Shown here: in pieces, positions 13,392 to 25,500 of the stretch
Numbering within the stretch: position 1 is the first letter of the stretch
How the letters are laid out: each line of letters opens with the position of its first letter
NCBI RefSeq assembly: GCF_009914755.1
Contig: NC_060943.1
Length of the DNA: 64,000 nucleotides
Strand: one strand, 5' to 3'
Source: the human T2T-CHM13v2.0 reference genome, Homo sapiens
Translations under genes and position numbers: made by a program
Notes under the pieces: model-generated
What the model was told of the DNA's origin: nothing
Seen by the model: only the letters and a program-made list of their open reading frames with translations
Database searches by the model: none

Positions 13392-14751
13392 ATGATTCTC
13401 AGAAACTCCTTTGTGATGTGTGCGTTCAACTCACAGAGTTTAACCTTTCTTTTCATAGAGCAGTTAGGAAACACTCTGTTTGTAAAGTCTGCAAGTGGAT
13501 ACTCAGACCTCCTTGAGGCCTTCGTTGGAAACGGGATTTCTTCATATTATGCTAGACAGAAGAATTCTCAGTAACTTCCTTGTGTTGTGTGTATTCAACT
13601 CACAGAGTTGAACGATCCTTTACACAGAGCAGACTTGAAACACTCTTTTTGTGGAATTTGCAAGTGGAGATTTCAGCCGCTTTGAGTTCAATGGTAGAAT
13701 AGGAAATATCTTCCTATAGAAACTAGACAGAATGATTCTCAGAAACTCCTTTGTGATGTGTGCGTTCAACTCACAGAGTTCAACCTTTCTTTTCATAGAG
13801 CAGTTGGGAAAAACTCTCTTTGTAAAGTCTGCAAGTGGATATTCAGACTTCTTTGAGGCCTTCGTTGGAAGCGGGGTTTCTTCATATTCTCCTAGACAGA
13901 AGAATTCTCAGTAACTTCCTTGTGTTGTGTGTATTCAACTCACAGAGTTGAACGATCCTTTACACAGAGCAGACTTGAAACACTCTTTTTGTGGAATTTG
14001 CAAGTGGAGATTTCAGCCGCTTTGAGGTCAATGGTAGAATAGGAAATATCTTCCTATAGAAACTAGACAGAATGATTCTCAGAAACTCCTTTGTGATGTG
14101 TGCGTTCAACTCACAGAGTTTAACCTTTCTTTTCATAGAGCAGTTAGGAAACACTCTGTTTGTAAAGTCTGCAAGTGGATACTCAGACCTCCTTGAGGCC
14201 TTCGTTGGAAACGGGATTTCTTCATATTATGCTAGACAGAAGAATTCTCAGAAACTTCCTTGTGTTGTGTGTATTCAACTCACAGAGTTGAACGATCCTT
14301 TACACAGAGCAGACTTGAAACACTCTTTTTGTGGAATTTGCAAGTGGAGATTTCAGCCGCTTTGAGTTCAATGGTAGAATAGGAAATATCTTCCTATAGA
14401 AACTAGACAGAATGATTCTCAGAAACTCCTTTGTGATGTGTGCGTTCAACTCACAGAGTTCAACCTTTCTTTTCATAGAGCAGTTGGGAAAAACTCTCTT
14501 TGTAAAGTCTGCAAGTGGATATTCAGACTTCTTTGAGGCCTTCGTTGGAAGCGGGGTTTCTTCATATTCTCCTAGACAGAAGAATTCTCAGTAACTTCCT
14601 TGTGTTGTGTGTATTCAACTCACAGAGTTGAACGATCCTTTACACAGAGCAGACTTGAAACACTCTTTTTGTGGAATTTGCAAGTGGAGATTTCAGCCGC
14701 TTTGAGGTCAATGGTAGAATAGGAAATATCTTCCTATAGAAACTAGACAGA
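13392..14751 (+). repeat. Tandem 680-bp (2-dimer) duplication; second instance at 33463-34822
   Basis: GGATACTCAG dimer followed by the TTGGGAAAAACTCTCT / GGAAGCGGGG / TTCTCCTAG dimer occurs twice in a row. Confidence 0.88.
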
Positions 14752-14979
14752 ATGATTCTCAGAAACTCCTTTGTGATGTGTGCGTTCAACTCACAGAGTT
14801 TAACCTTTCTTTTCATAGAGCAGTTAGGAAACACTCTGTTTGTAAAGTCTGCAAGTGGATATTCAGACATCCTTGAGGCTTTCGTTGGAAACGGGATTTC
14901 TTCATATTCTGCTAGAAAGAAGAATTCTCAGTAACTTCCTTGTGTTGTGTGTATTCAACTCACAGAGTTGAACGATCCT

Positions 14980-17900
14980 TTACACAGAGCAGACTTGAAA
15001 CACTCTTTTTGTGGAATTTGCAAGTGGAGATATCAGCCGCTTTGAGGTCAATGGTAGAATAGGAAATATCTTCCTATAGAAACTAGACAGAATGATTCTC
15101 AGAAACTCCTTTGTGATGTGTGCGTTCAACTCACAGAGTTTAACCTTTCTTTTCATAGAGCAGTTAGGAAACACTCTGTTTGTAAAGTCTGCAAGTGGAT
15201 ATTCAGACATCTTTGAGGCTTTCGTTGGAAACGGGATTTCTTCATATTCTGCTAGACAGAAGAATTCTCAGTAACTTCCTTCTGTTGTGTGTATTCAACT
15301 CACAGAGTTGAACGATCCTTTACACAGAGCAGACTTGAAACACTCTTTTTGTGGAATTTGCAAGTGGAGATTTCAGCCGCTTTGAGGTCAATGGTAGAAT
15401 AGGAAATATCTTCCTATAGAAACTAGACAGAATGATTCTCAGAAACTCCTTTGTGATGTGTGCGTTCAACTCACAGAGTTTAACCTTTCTTTTCATAGAG
15501 CAGTTAGGAAACACTCTGTTTGTAAAGTCTGCAAGTGGATATTCAGACATCCTTGAGGCTTTCGTTGGAAACGGGATTTCTTCATATTCTGCTAGAAAGA
15601 AGAATTCTCAGTAACTTCCTTGTGTTGTGTGTATTCAACTCACAGAGTTGAATGATCCTTTACACAGAACAGTCTTGAAACACTCTTTTTGTGGAATTTG
15701 CTAGTGGAGATTTCAGCCGCTTTGATGTCAATGGTAGAATAGGAAATATCTTCCTATAGAAACTAGACAGAATGATTCTCAGAAACTCCTTTGTGATGTG
15801 TGTGTTCAACTCACAGAGTTTAACCTTTCTTTTCATAGAGCAGTTAGGAAACACTCTGTTTGTAAAGTCTGCAAGTGGATATTCAGACATCCTTGAGGCT
15901 TTCGTTGGAAACGGGATTTCTTCATATTCTGCTAGAAAGAAGAATTCTCAGTAACTTCCTTGTGTTGTGTGTATTCAACTCACAGAGTTGAACGATCCTT
16001 TACACAGAGCAGACTTGAAACACTCTTTTTGTGGAATTTGCAAGTGGAGATATCAGCCGCTTTGAGGTCAATGGTAGAATAGGAAATATCTTCCTATAGA
16101 AACTAGACAGAATGATTCTCAGAAACTCCTTTGTGATGTGTGCGTTCAACTCACAGAGTTTAACCTTTCTTTTCATAGAGCAGTTAGGAAACACTCTGTT
16201 TGTAAAGTCTGCATGTGGATATTCAGACATCTTTGAGGCTTTCGTTGGAAACGGGATTTCTTCATATTCTGCTAGACAGAAGAATTCTCAGTAACTTCCT
16301 TCTGTTGTGTGTATTCAACTCACAGAGTTGAACGATCCTTTACACAGAGCAGACTTGAAACACTCTTTTTGTGGAATTTGCAAGTGGAGATTTCAGCCGC
16401 TTTGAGGTCAATGGTAGAAAAGGAAATATCTTCGTATAAAAACTAGACAGAGTGATTCTCAGAAACTCCTTTGGGATGTCTGCGTTCAACTCACAGAGTT
16501 TAACCTTTCTTTTCATAGAGCAGTTAGGAAACACTCTGTTTGTAAAGTCTGCAAGTGGATATTCAGACCTCCTTGAGGCCTTCGTTGGAAACGGGATTTC
16601 TTCATATTCTGCTATACAGAAGAATTCTCAGAAACTTCCTTGTGTTGTGTGTATTCAACTCACAGAGTTGAACGATCGTTTACACACAGCAGACTTGAGA
16701 CACTCTTTTTGTGGAATTTGTAAGTGGAGATTTCAGCCGCTTTGAGGTCAATGGTAGAAAAGGAAATATCTTCATATAAAAACTAGACAGAATGATTCTC
16801 AGAAACTCCTTTGTGATGTGTGCGTTCAACTCACAGAGTTTAACCTTTCTTTTCATAGAGCAGTTAGGAAACACTCTGTTTGTATAGTCTGCAAGTGGAT
16901 ATTCAGACCTCTTTGAGGCCTTCGTTGGAAACGGGATTTCTTCATATTATGCTAGACAGAAGAATTCTCAGTAACTTCCTTGTGTTGTGTGTATTCAACT
17001 CACAGAGTTGAACGATCCTTTACACAGAGCAGACTTGAAACACTCTTTTTGTGGAATTTGCAAGTGGAGATTTCAGCCGCTTTGAGGTCAATGGTAGAAA
17101 AGGAAATATCTTCGTATAAAAACTACACAGAATGATTCTCAGAAACTCCTTTGTGATGTGTGCGTTCAACTCACAGAGTTTAACCTTTCTTTTCATAGAG
17201 CAGTTAGGAAACACTCTGTTTGTAAAGTCTGCAAGTGGATATTCAGACCTCCTTGAGGCCTTCGTTGGAAACGGGATTTCTTCATATTATGCTAGACACA
17301 AGAATTCTCAGTAACTTCCTTGTGTTGTGTGTATTCAACTCACAGAGTTGAACGATCCTTTACACAGAGCAGACTTGAAACACTCTTTTTGTGGAATTTG
17401 CAAGTGGAGATTTCAGCCGCTTTGAGGTCAATGGTAGAATAGGAAATATCTTCCTATAGAAACTAGACAGAATGATTCTGAGAAACTCCTTTGTGATGTG
17501 TGCGTTCAACTCACAGAGTTTAACCTTTCTTTTCATAGAGCAGTTAGGAAACACTCTGTTTGTAAAGTGTGCAAGTGGATATTCAGACCTCCTTGAGGCC
17601 TTCGTTGGAAACGGGATTTCTTCATATTATGCTAGACAGAAGAATTCTCAGTAACTTCCTTGTGTTGTGTGTATTCAACTCACAGAGTTGAACGATCCTT
17701 TACACAGAGCAGACTTGAAACACTCTTTTTGTGGAATTTGCAAGTGGAGATATCAGCCGCTTTGAGGTCAATGGTAGAATAGGAAATATCTTCCTATAGA
17801 AACTAGACAGAATGATTCTCAGAAACTCCTTTGTGATGTGTGCGTTCTACTCACAGAGTTTAACCTTTCTTTTCATAGAGCAGTTAGGAAACACTCTGTT

Positions 17901-20900
17901 TGTAAAGTCTGCAAGTGGATATTCAGACATCTTTGAGACTTTCGTTGGAAACGGGATTTAATCATATTCTGCTAGACAGAAGAATTCCCAGAAACTTCGT
18001 TGTGTTGTGTGTTTTCAACTCACAGAGTTCAACGATCCTTTACACAGAGTAGACTTGAAACACTCTTTTTGTGGAATTGGCAGGGTGGAGATTTCAGCCG
18101 CTTTGAGGTCAATGGTAGAAAAGGAAATATCTTCGTATAAAAACTAGACAGAGTGATTCTCAGAAACTCCTTTGTGATGTGTGCGTTCAACTCACAGAGT
18201 TTAACCTTTCTTTTCATAGAGCAGTTAGGAAACACTCTGTTTGTAAAAGTCTGCAAGTGGATATTCAGACATCCTTGAGGCTTTCGTTGGAAACGGGATT
18301 TCTTCATATTCTGCTAGAAAGAAGAATTCTCAGTAACTTCCCTGTGTTGTGTGTATTCAACTCACAGAGTTGAACGATCCTTTACAGAGAGCAGACTTGA
18401 AACACTCTTTTTGTGGAATTTGCAAGTGGAGATTTCAGCCGCTTTGAGGTCAATGGTAGAATAGGAAATATCTTCCTATAGAAACTAGACAGAATGATTC
18501 TCAGAAACTCCTTTGTGATGTGTGCGTTCAACTCACAGAGTTTAACCTTTCTTTTCATAGAGCAGTTAGGAAACACTCTGTTTGTAAAGTCTGCAAGTGG
18601 ATATTCAGACCTCCTTGAGGCCTTCGTTGGAAACGGGATTTCTACATATTATGCTAGACAGAAGAATTCTCAGTAACTTCCTTGTGTTGTGTGTATTCAA
18701 CTCACAGAGTTGAACGATCATTTACACAGAGCAGACTTGAGACACTCTTTTTGTGGAATTTGCAAGTGGAGATATCAGCCGCTTTGAGGTCAATGGTAGA
18801 ATAGGAAATATCTTCCTATAGAAACTAGACAGAATGATTCTCAGAAACTCCTTTGTGATGTGTGCGTTCAACTCACAGAGTTTAACCTTTCTTTTCATAG
18901 AGCAGTTAGGAAACACTCTGTTTGTAAAGTCTGCAAGTGGATATTCGGACATCTTTGAGGCTTTCGTTGGAAACGGGATTTCTTCATATTCTGCTAGACA
19001 GAAGAATTCTCAGTAACTTCCTTCTGTTGTGTGTATTCAACTCACAGAGTTGAACGATCCTTTACACAGAGCAGACTTGAAACACTCTTTTTGTGGAATT
19101 TGCAAGTGGAGATTTCAGCCGCTTTGAGGTCAATGGTAGAATAGGAAATATCTTCCTATAGAAACTAGACAGAATGATTCTCAGAAACTCCTTTGTGATG
19201 TGTGCGTTCAACTCACAGAGTTTAACCTTTCTTTTCATAGAGCAGTTAGGAAACACTCTGTTTGTAAAGTCTGCAAGTGGATATTCAGACATCCTTGAGG
19301 CTTTCGTTGGAAACGGGATTTCTTCATATTCTGCTAGAAAGAAGAATTCTCAGTAACTTCCTTGTGTTGTGTGTATTCAACTCACAGAGTTGAATGATCC
19401 TTTACACAGAACAGTCTTGAAACACTCTTTTTGTGGAATTTGCTAGTGGAGATTTCAGCCGCTTTGATGTCAATGGTAGAATAGGAAATATCTTCCTATA
19501 GAAACTAGACAGAATGATTCTCAGAAACTCCTTTGTGATGTGTGCGTTCAACTCACAGAGTTTAACCTTTCTTTTCATAGAGCAGTTAGGAAACACTCTG
19601 TTTGTAAAGTCTGCAAGTGGATATTCAGACATCCTTGAGGCTTTCGTTGGAAACGGGATTTCTTCATATTCTGCTAGAAAGAAGAATTCTCAGTAACTTC
19701 CTTGTGTTGTGTGTATTCAACTCACAGAGTTGAACGATCCTTTACACAGAGCAGACTTGAAACACTCTTTTTGTGGAATTTGCAAGTGGAGATATCAGCC
19801 GCTTTGAGGTCAATGGTAGAATAGGAAATATCTTCCTATAGAAACTAGACAGAATGATTCTCAGAAACTCCTTTGTGATGTGTGCGTTCAACTCACAGAG
19901 TTTAACCTTTCTTTTCATAGAGCAGTTAGGAAACACTCTGTTTGTAAAGTCTGCATGTGGATATTCAGACATCTTTGAGGCTTTCGTTGGAAACGGGATT
20001 TCTTCATATTCTGCTAGACAGAAGAATTCTCAGTAACTTCCTTCTGTTGTGTGTATTCAACTCACAGAGTTGAACGATCCTTTACACAGAGCAGACTTGA
20101 AACACTCTTTTTGTGGAATTTGCAAGTGGAGATTTCAGCCGCTTTGAGGTCAATGGTAGAAAAGGAAATATCTTCGTATAAAAACTAGACAGAGTGATTC
20201 TCAGAAACTCCTTTGGGATGTGTGCGTTCAACTCACAGAGTTTAACCTTTCTTTTCATAGAGCAGTTAGGAAACACTCTGTTTGTAAAGTCTGCAAGTGG
20301 ATATTCAGACCTCCTTGAGGCCTTCGTTGGAAACGGGATTTCTTCATATTCTGCTATACAGAAGAATTCTCAGAAACTTCCTTGTGTTGTGTGTATTCAA
20401 CTCACAGAGTTGAACGATCGTTTACACACAGCAGACTTGAGACACTCTTTTTGTGGAATTTGTAAGTGGAGATTTCAGCCGCTTTGAGGTCAATGGTAGA
20501 AAAGGAAATATCTTCATATAAAAACTAGACAGAATGATTCTCAGAAACTCCTTTGTGATGTGTGCGTTCAACTCACAGAGTTTAACCTTTCTTTTCATAG
20601 AGCAGTTAGGAAACACTCTGTTTGTAAAGTCTGCAAGTGGATATTCAGACCTCTTTGAGGCCTTCGTTGGAAACGGGATTTCTTCATATTATGCTAGACA
20701 GAAGAATTCTCAGTAACTTCCTTGTGTTGTGTGTATTCAACTCACAGAGTTGAACGATCCTTTACACAGAGCAGACTTGAAACACTCTTTTTGTGGAATT
20801 TGCAAGTGGAGATTTCAGCCGCTTTGAGGTCAATGGTAGAAAAGGAAATATCTTCGTATAAAAACTACACAGAATGATTCTCAGAAACTCCTTTGTGATG

Positions 20901-22500
20901 TGTGCGTTCAACTCACAGAGTTTAACCTTTCTTTTCATAGAGCAGTTAGGAAACACTCTGTTTGTAAAGTCTGCAAGTGGATATTCAGACCTCCTTGAGG
21001 CCTTCGTTGGAAACGGGATTTCTTCATATTATGCTAGACACAAGAATTCTCAGTAACTTCCTTGTGTTGTGTGTATTCAACTCACAGAGTTGAACCATCC
21101 TTTACACAGAGCAGACTTGAAACACTCTTTTTGTGGAATTTGCAAGTGGAGATTTCAGCCGCTTTGAGGTCAATGGTAGAATAGGAAATATCTTCCTATA
21201 GAAACTAGACAGAATGATTCTGAGAAACTCCTTTGTGATGTGTGCGTTCAACTCACAGAGTTTAACCTTTCTTTTCATAGAGCAGTTAGGAAACACTCTG
21301 TTTGTAAAGTGTGCAAGTGGATATTCAGACCTCCTTGAGGCCTTCGTTGGAAACGGGATTTCTTCATATTATGCTAGACAGAAGAATTCTCAGTAACTTC
21401 CTTGTGTTGTGTGTATTCAACTCACAGAGTTGAACGATCCTTTACACAGAGCAGACTTGAAACACTCTTTTTGTGGAATTTGCAAGTGGAGATATCAGCC
21501 GCTTTGAGGTCAATGGTAGAATAGGAAATATCTTCCTATAGAAACTAGACAGAATGATTCTCAGAAACTCCTTTGTGATGTGTGCGTTCTACTCACAGAG
21601 TTTAACCTTTCTTTTCATAGAGCAGTTAGGAAACACTCTGTTTGTAAAGTCTGCAAGTGGATATTCAGACATCTTTGAGACTTTCGTTGGAAACGGGATT
21701 TCATCATATTCTGCTAGACAGAAGAATTCCCAGAAACTTCGTTGTGTTGTGTGTTTTCAACTCACAGAGTTCAACGATCCTTTACACAGAGTAGACTTGA
21801 AACACTCTTTTTGTGGAATTGGCAGGGTGGAGATTTCAGCCGCTTTGAGGTCAATGGTAGAAAAGGAAATATCTTCGTATAAAAACTAGACAGAGTGATT
21901 CTCAGAAACTCCTTTGTGATGTGTGCGTTCAACTCACAGAGTTTAACCTTTCTTTTCATAGAGCAGTTAGGAAACACTCTGTTTGTAAAAGTCTGCAAGT
22001 GGATATTCAGACATCCTTGAGGCTTTCGTTGGAAACGGGATTTCTTCATATTCTGCTAGAAAGAAGAATTCTCAGTAACTTCCCTGTGTTGTGTGTATTC
22101 AACTCACAGAGTTGAACGATCCTTTACAGAGAGCAGACTTGAAACACTCTTTTTGTGGAATTTGCAAGTGGAGATTTCAGCCGCTTTGAGGTCAATGGTA
22201 GAATAGGAAATATCTTCCTATAGAAACTAGACAGAATGATTCTCAGAAACTCCTTTGTGATGTGTGCGTTCAACTCACAGAGTTTAACCTTTCTTTTCAT
22301 AGAGCAGTTAGGAAACACTCTGTCTGTAAAGTCTGCAAGTGGATATTCAGACCTCCTTGAGGCCTTCGTTGGAAACGGGATTTCTACATATTATGCTAGA
22401 CAGAAGAATTCTCAGTAACTTCCTTGTGTTGTGTGTATTCAACTCACAGAGTTGAACGATCATTTACACAGAGCAGACTTGAAACACTCTTTTTGTGGAA
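14980..22500 (+). repeat. Tandem pair of 3,742-bp (11-dimer) units; equivalents at ~35050-42570 and, partially, 1-4800
   Basis: Shared markers at +3,742: GCATGTGG (16112/19854 dimers), GATCGTTTACACACAGC, GTGTGCAAG, GTAAAAG insertion (18245/21987). Confidence 0.85.
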
Positions 22501-25500
22501 TTTGCAAGTGGAGATTTCAGCCTCTTTGAGGTCAATGGTAGAATAGGAAATATCTTCCTATAGAAACTAGACAGAATGATTCTCAGAAACTCCTTTGGGA
22601 TGTCTGCGTTCAACTCACAGAGTTTAACCTTTCTTTTCATAGAGCAGTTAGGAAACACTCTGTTTGTAAAGTCTGCAAGTGGATATTCAGACCTCCTTGA
22701 GGCCTTCGTTGGAAACGGGATTTCTTCATATTCTGCTATACAGAAGAATTCTCAGAAACTTCCTTGTGTTGTGTGTATTCAACTCACAGAGTTGAACGAT
22801 CGTTTACACACAGCAGACTTGAGACACTCTTTTTGTGGAATTTGTAAGTGGAGATTTCAGCCGCTTTGAGGTCAATGGTAGAAAAGGAAATATCTTCATA
22901 TAAAAACTAGACAGAATGATTCTCAGAAACTCCTTTGTGATGTGTGCGTTCAACTCACAGAGTTTAACCTTTCTTTTCATAGAGCAGTTAGGAAACACTC
23001 TGTTTGTAAAGTCTGCAAGTGGATATTCAGACCTCTTTGAGGCCTTCGTTGGAAACGGGATTTCTTCATATTATGCTAGACAGAAGAATTCTCAGTAACT
23101 TCCTTGTGTTGTGTGTATTCAACTCACAGAGTTGAACGATCCTTTACACAGAGCAGACTTGAAACACTCTTTTTGTGGAATTTGCAAGTGGAGATTTCAG
23201 CCGCTTTGAGGTCAATGGTAGAAAAGGAAATATCTTCGTATAAAAACTAGACAGAATGATTCTCAGAAACTCCTTTGTGATGTGTGCGTTCAACTCACAG
23301 AGTTTAACCTTTCTTTTCATAGAGCAGTTAGGAAACACTCTGTTTGTAAAGTCTGCAAGTGGATATTCAGACCTCCTTGAGGCCTTCGTTGGAAACGGGA
23401 TTTCTTCATATTATGCTAGACACAAGAATTCTCAGTAACTTCCTTGTGTTGTGTGTATTCAACTCACAGAGTTGAACGATCCTTTACACAGAGCAGACTT
23501 GAAACACTCTTTTTGTGGAATTTGCAAGTGGAGATTTCAGCCGCTTTGAGGTCAATGGTAGAATAGGAAATATCTTCCTATAGAAACTAGACAGAATGAT
23601 TCTGAGAAACTCCTTTGTGATGTGTGCGTTCAACTCACAGAGTTTAACCTTTCTTTTCATAGAGCAGTTAGGAAACACTCTGTTTGTAAAGTGTGCAAGT
23701 GGATATTCAGAACTCCTTGAGGCCTTCGTTGGAAACGGGATTTCTTCATATTATGCTAGACAGAAGAATTCTCAGTAACTTCCTTGTGTTGTGTGTATTC
23801 AACTCACAGAGTTGAACGATCCTTTACACAGAGCAGACTTGAAACACTCTTTTTGTGGAATTTGCAAATGGAGATATCAGCCGCTTTGAGGTCAATGGTA
23901 GAATAGGAAATATCTTCCTATAGAAACTAGACAGAATGATTCTCAGAAACTCCTTTGTGATGTGTGCGTTCAACTCACAGAGTTTAACCTTTCTTTTCAT
24001 AGAGCAGTTAGGAAACACTCTGTTTGTAAAGTCTGCAAGTGGATATTCAGACCTCCTTGAGGCTTTCGTTGGAAACGGGATTTCTTCATATTCTGCTAGA
24101 AAGAAGAATTCTCAGTAACTTCCTTGTGTTGTGTGTATTCAACTCACAGAGTTGAATGATCCTTTACTCAGAACAGTCTTGAAACACTCTTTTTGTGGAA
24201 TTTGCAAGTGGAGATTTCAGCCGCTTTGAGGTCAATGGTAGAATAGGAAATATCTTCCTATAGAAACTAGACAGAATGATTCTCAGAAACTCCTTTGTGA
24301 TGTGTGCGTTCTACTCACAGAGTTTCACCTTTCTTTTCATAGAGCAGTTAGGAAACACTCTGTTTGTAAAGTCTGCAAGTGGATATTCAGACATCTTTGA
24401 GACTTTCGTTGGAAACGGGATTTCATCATATTCTACTAGACAGAAGAATTCCCAGAAACTTCGTTGTGTTGTGTGATTTCAACTCACAGAGTTCAACGAT
24501 CCTTTACACAGAGTAGACTTGAAACACTCTTTTTGTGGAATTGGCAGGGTGGAGATTTCAGCCGCTTTGAGGTCAATGGTAGAAAAGGAAATATCTTCGT
24601 ATAAAAACTAGACAGAGTGATTCTCAGAAACTCCTTTGTGATGTGTGCGTTCAACTCACAGAGTTTAACCTTTCTTTTCATAGAGCAGTTAGGAAACACT
24701 CTGTTTGTAAAGTCTGCAACTGGATATTCAGACATCCTTGAGGCTTTCGTTGGAAACGGGATTTCTTCATATTCTGCTAGAAAGAAGAATAATCAGTAAC
24801 TTCCCTGTGTTGTGTGTATTCAACTCACAGAGTTGAACGATCCTTTACAGAGAGCAGACTTGAAACACTCTTTTTGTGGAATTTGCAAGTGGAGATTTCA
24901 GCCGCTTTGAGGTCAATGGTAGAATAGGAAATATCTTCCTATAGAAACTAGACAGAATGATTCTCAGAAACTCCTTTGTGATGTGTGCTTTCAACTCACA
25001 GAGTTTAACCTTTCTTTTCATAGAGCAGTTAGGAAACACTCTGTTTGTAAAGTCTGCAAGTGGATATTCAGACCTCCTTGAGGCCTTCGTTGGAAACGGG
25101 ATTTCGACATATTATGCTAGACAGAAGAATTCTCAGTAACTTCCTTGTGTTGTGTGTATTCAACTCACAGGGTTGAACGATCCTTTACACAGAGCAGACT
25201 TGAAACACTCTTTTTGTGGAATTTGCAAGTGGAGATTTCAGCCGATTTGAGGTCAATGGTAGAATAGGAAATATCTTCCTATAGAAACTAGACAGAATGA
25301 TTCTGAGAAACTCCTTTGTGAAGTGTGCATTCAACTCACAGAGTTTAACCTTTCTTTTCATAGAGCAGTTAGGAAACACTCTGCTTGTAAAGTCTGCAAG
25401 TGGATACTCAGACCTCCTTGAGGCCTTCGTTGGAAACGGGATTTCTTCCTATTATGCTAGACAGAAGAATTCTCAGTAACTTCCTTGTGTTGTGTGTATT

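Larger units (their letters stand above)
1..17689 (+). repeat. Macro-repeat copy 1: 52 dimers / 104 monomers, 17,689 bp (phase set by window start)
   Basis: Rare variants recur at exactly +17,689 (GGGATTTAATC 271/17960; TCGA 7415/25104; ORFs 340/18029, 6587/24276). Length = 52x340 + 7 GGCAGGG 1-bp insertions + 2 GTAAAAG insertions. Confidence 0.9.
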
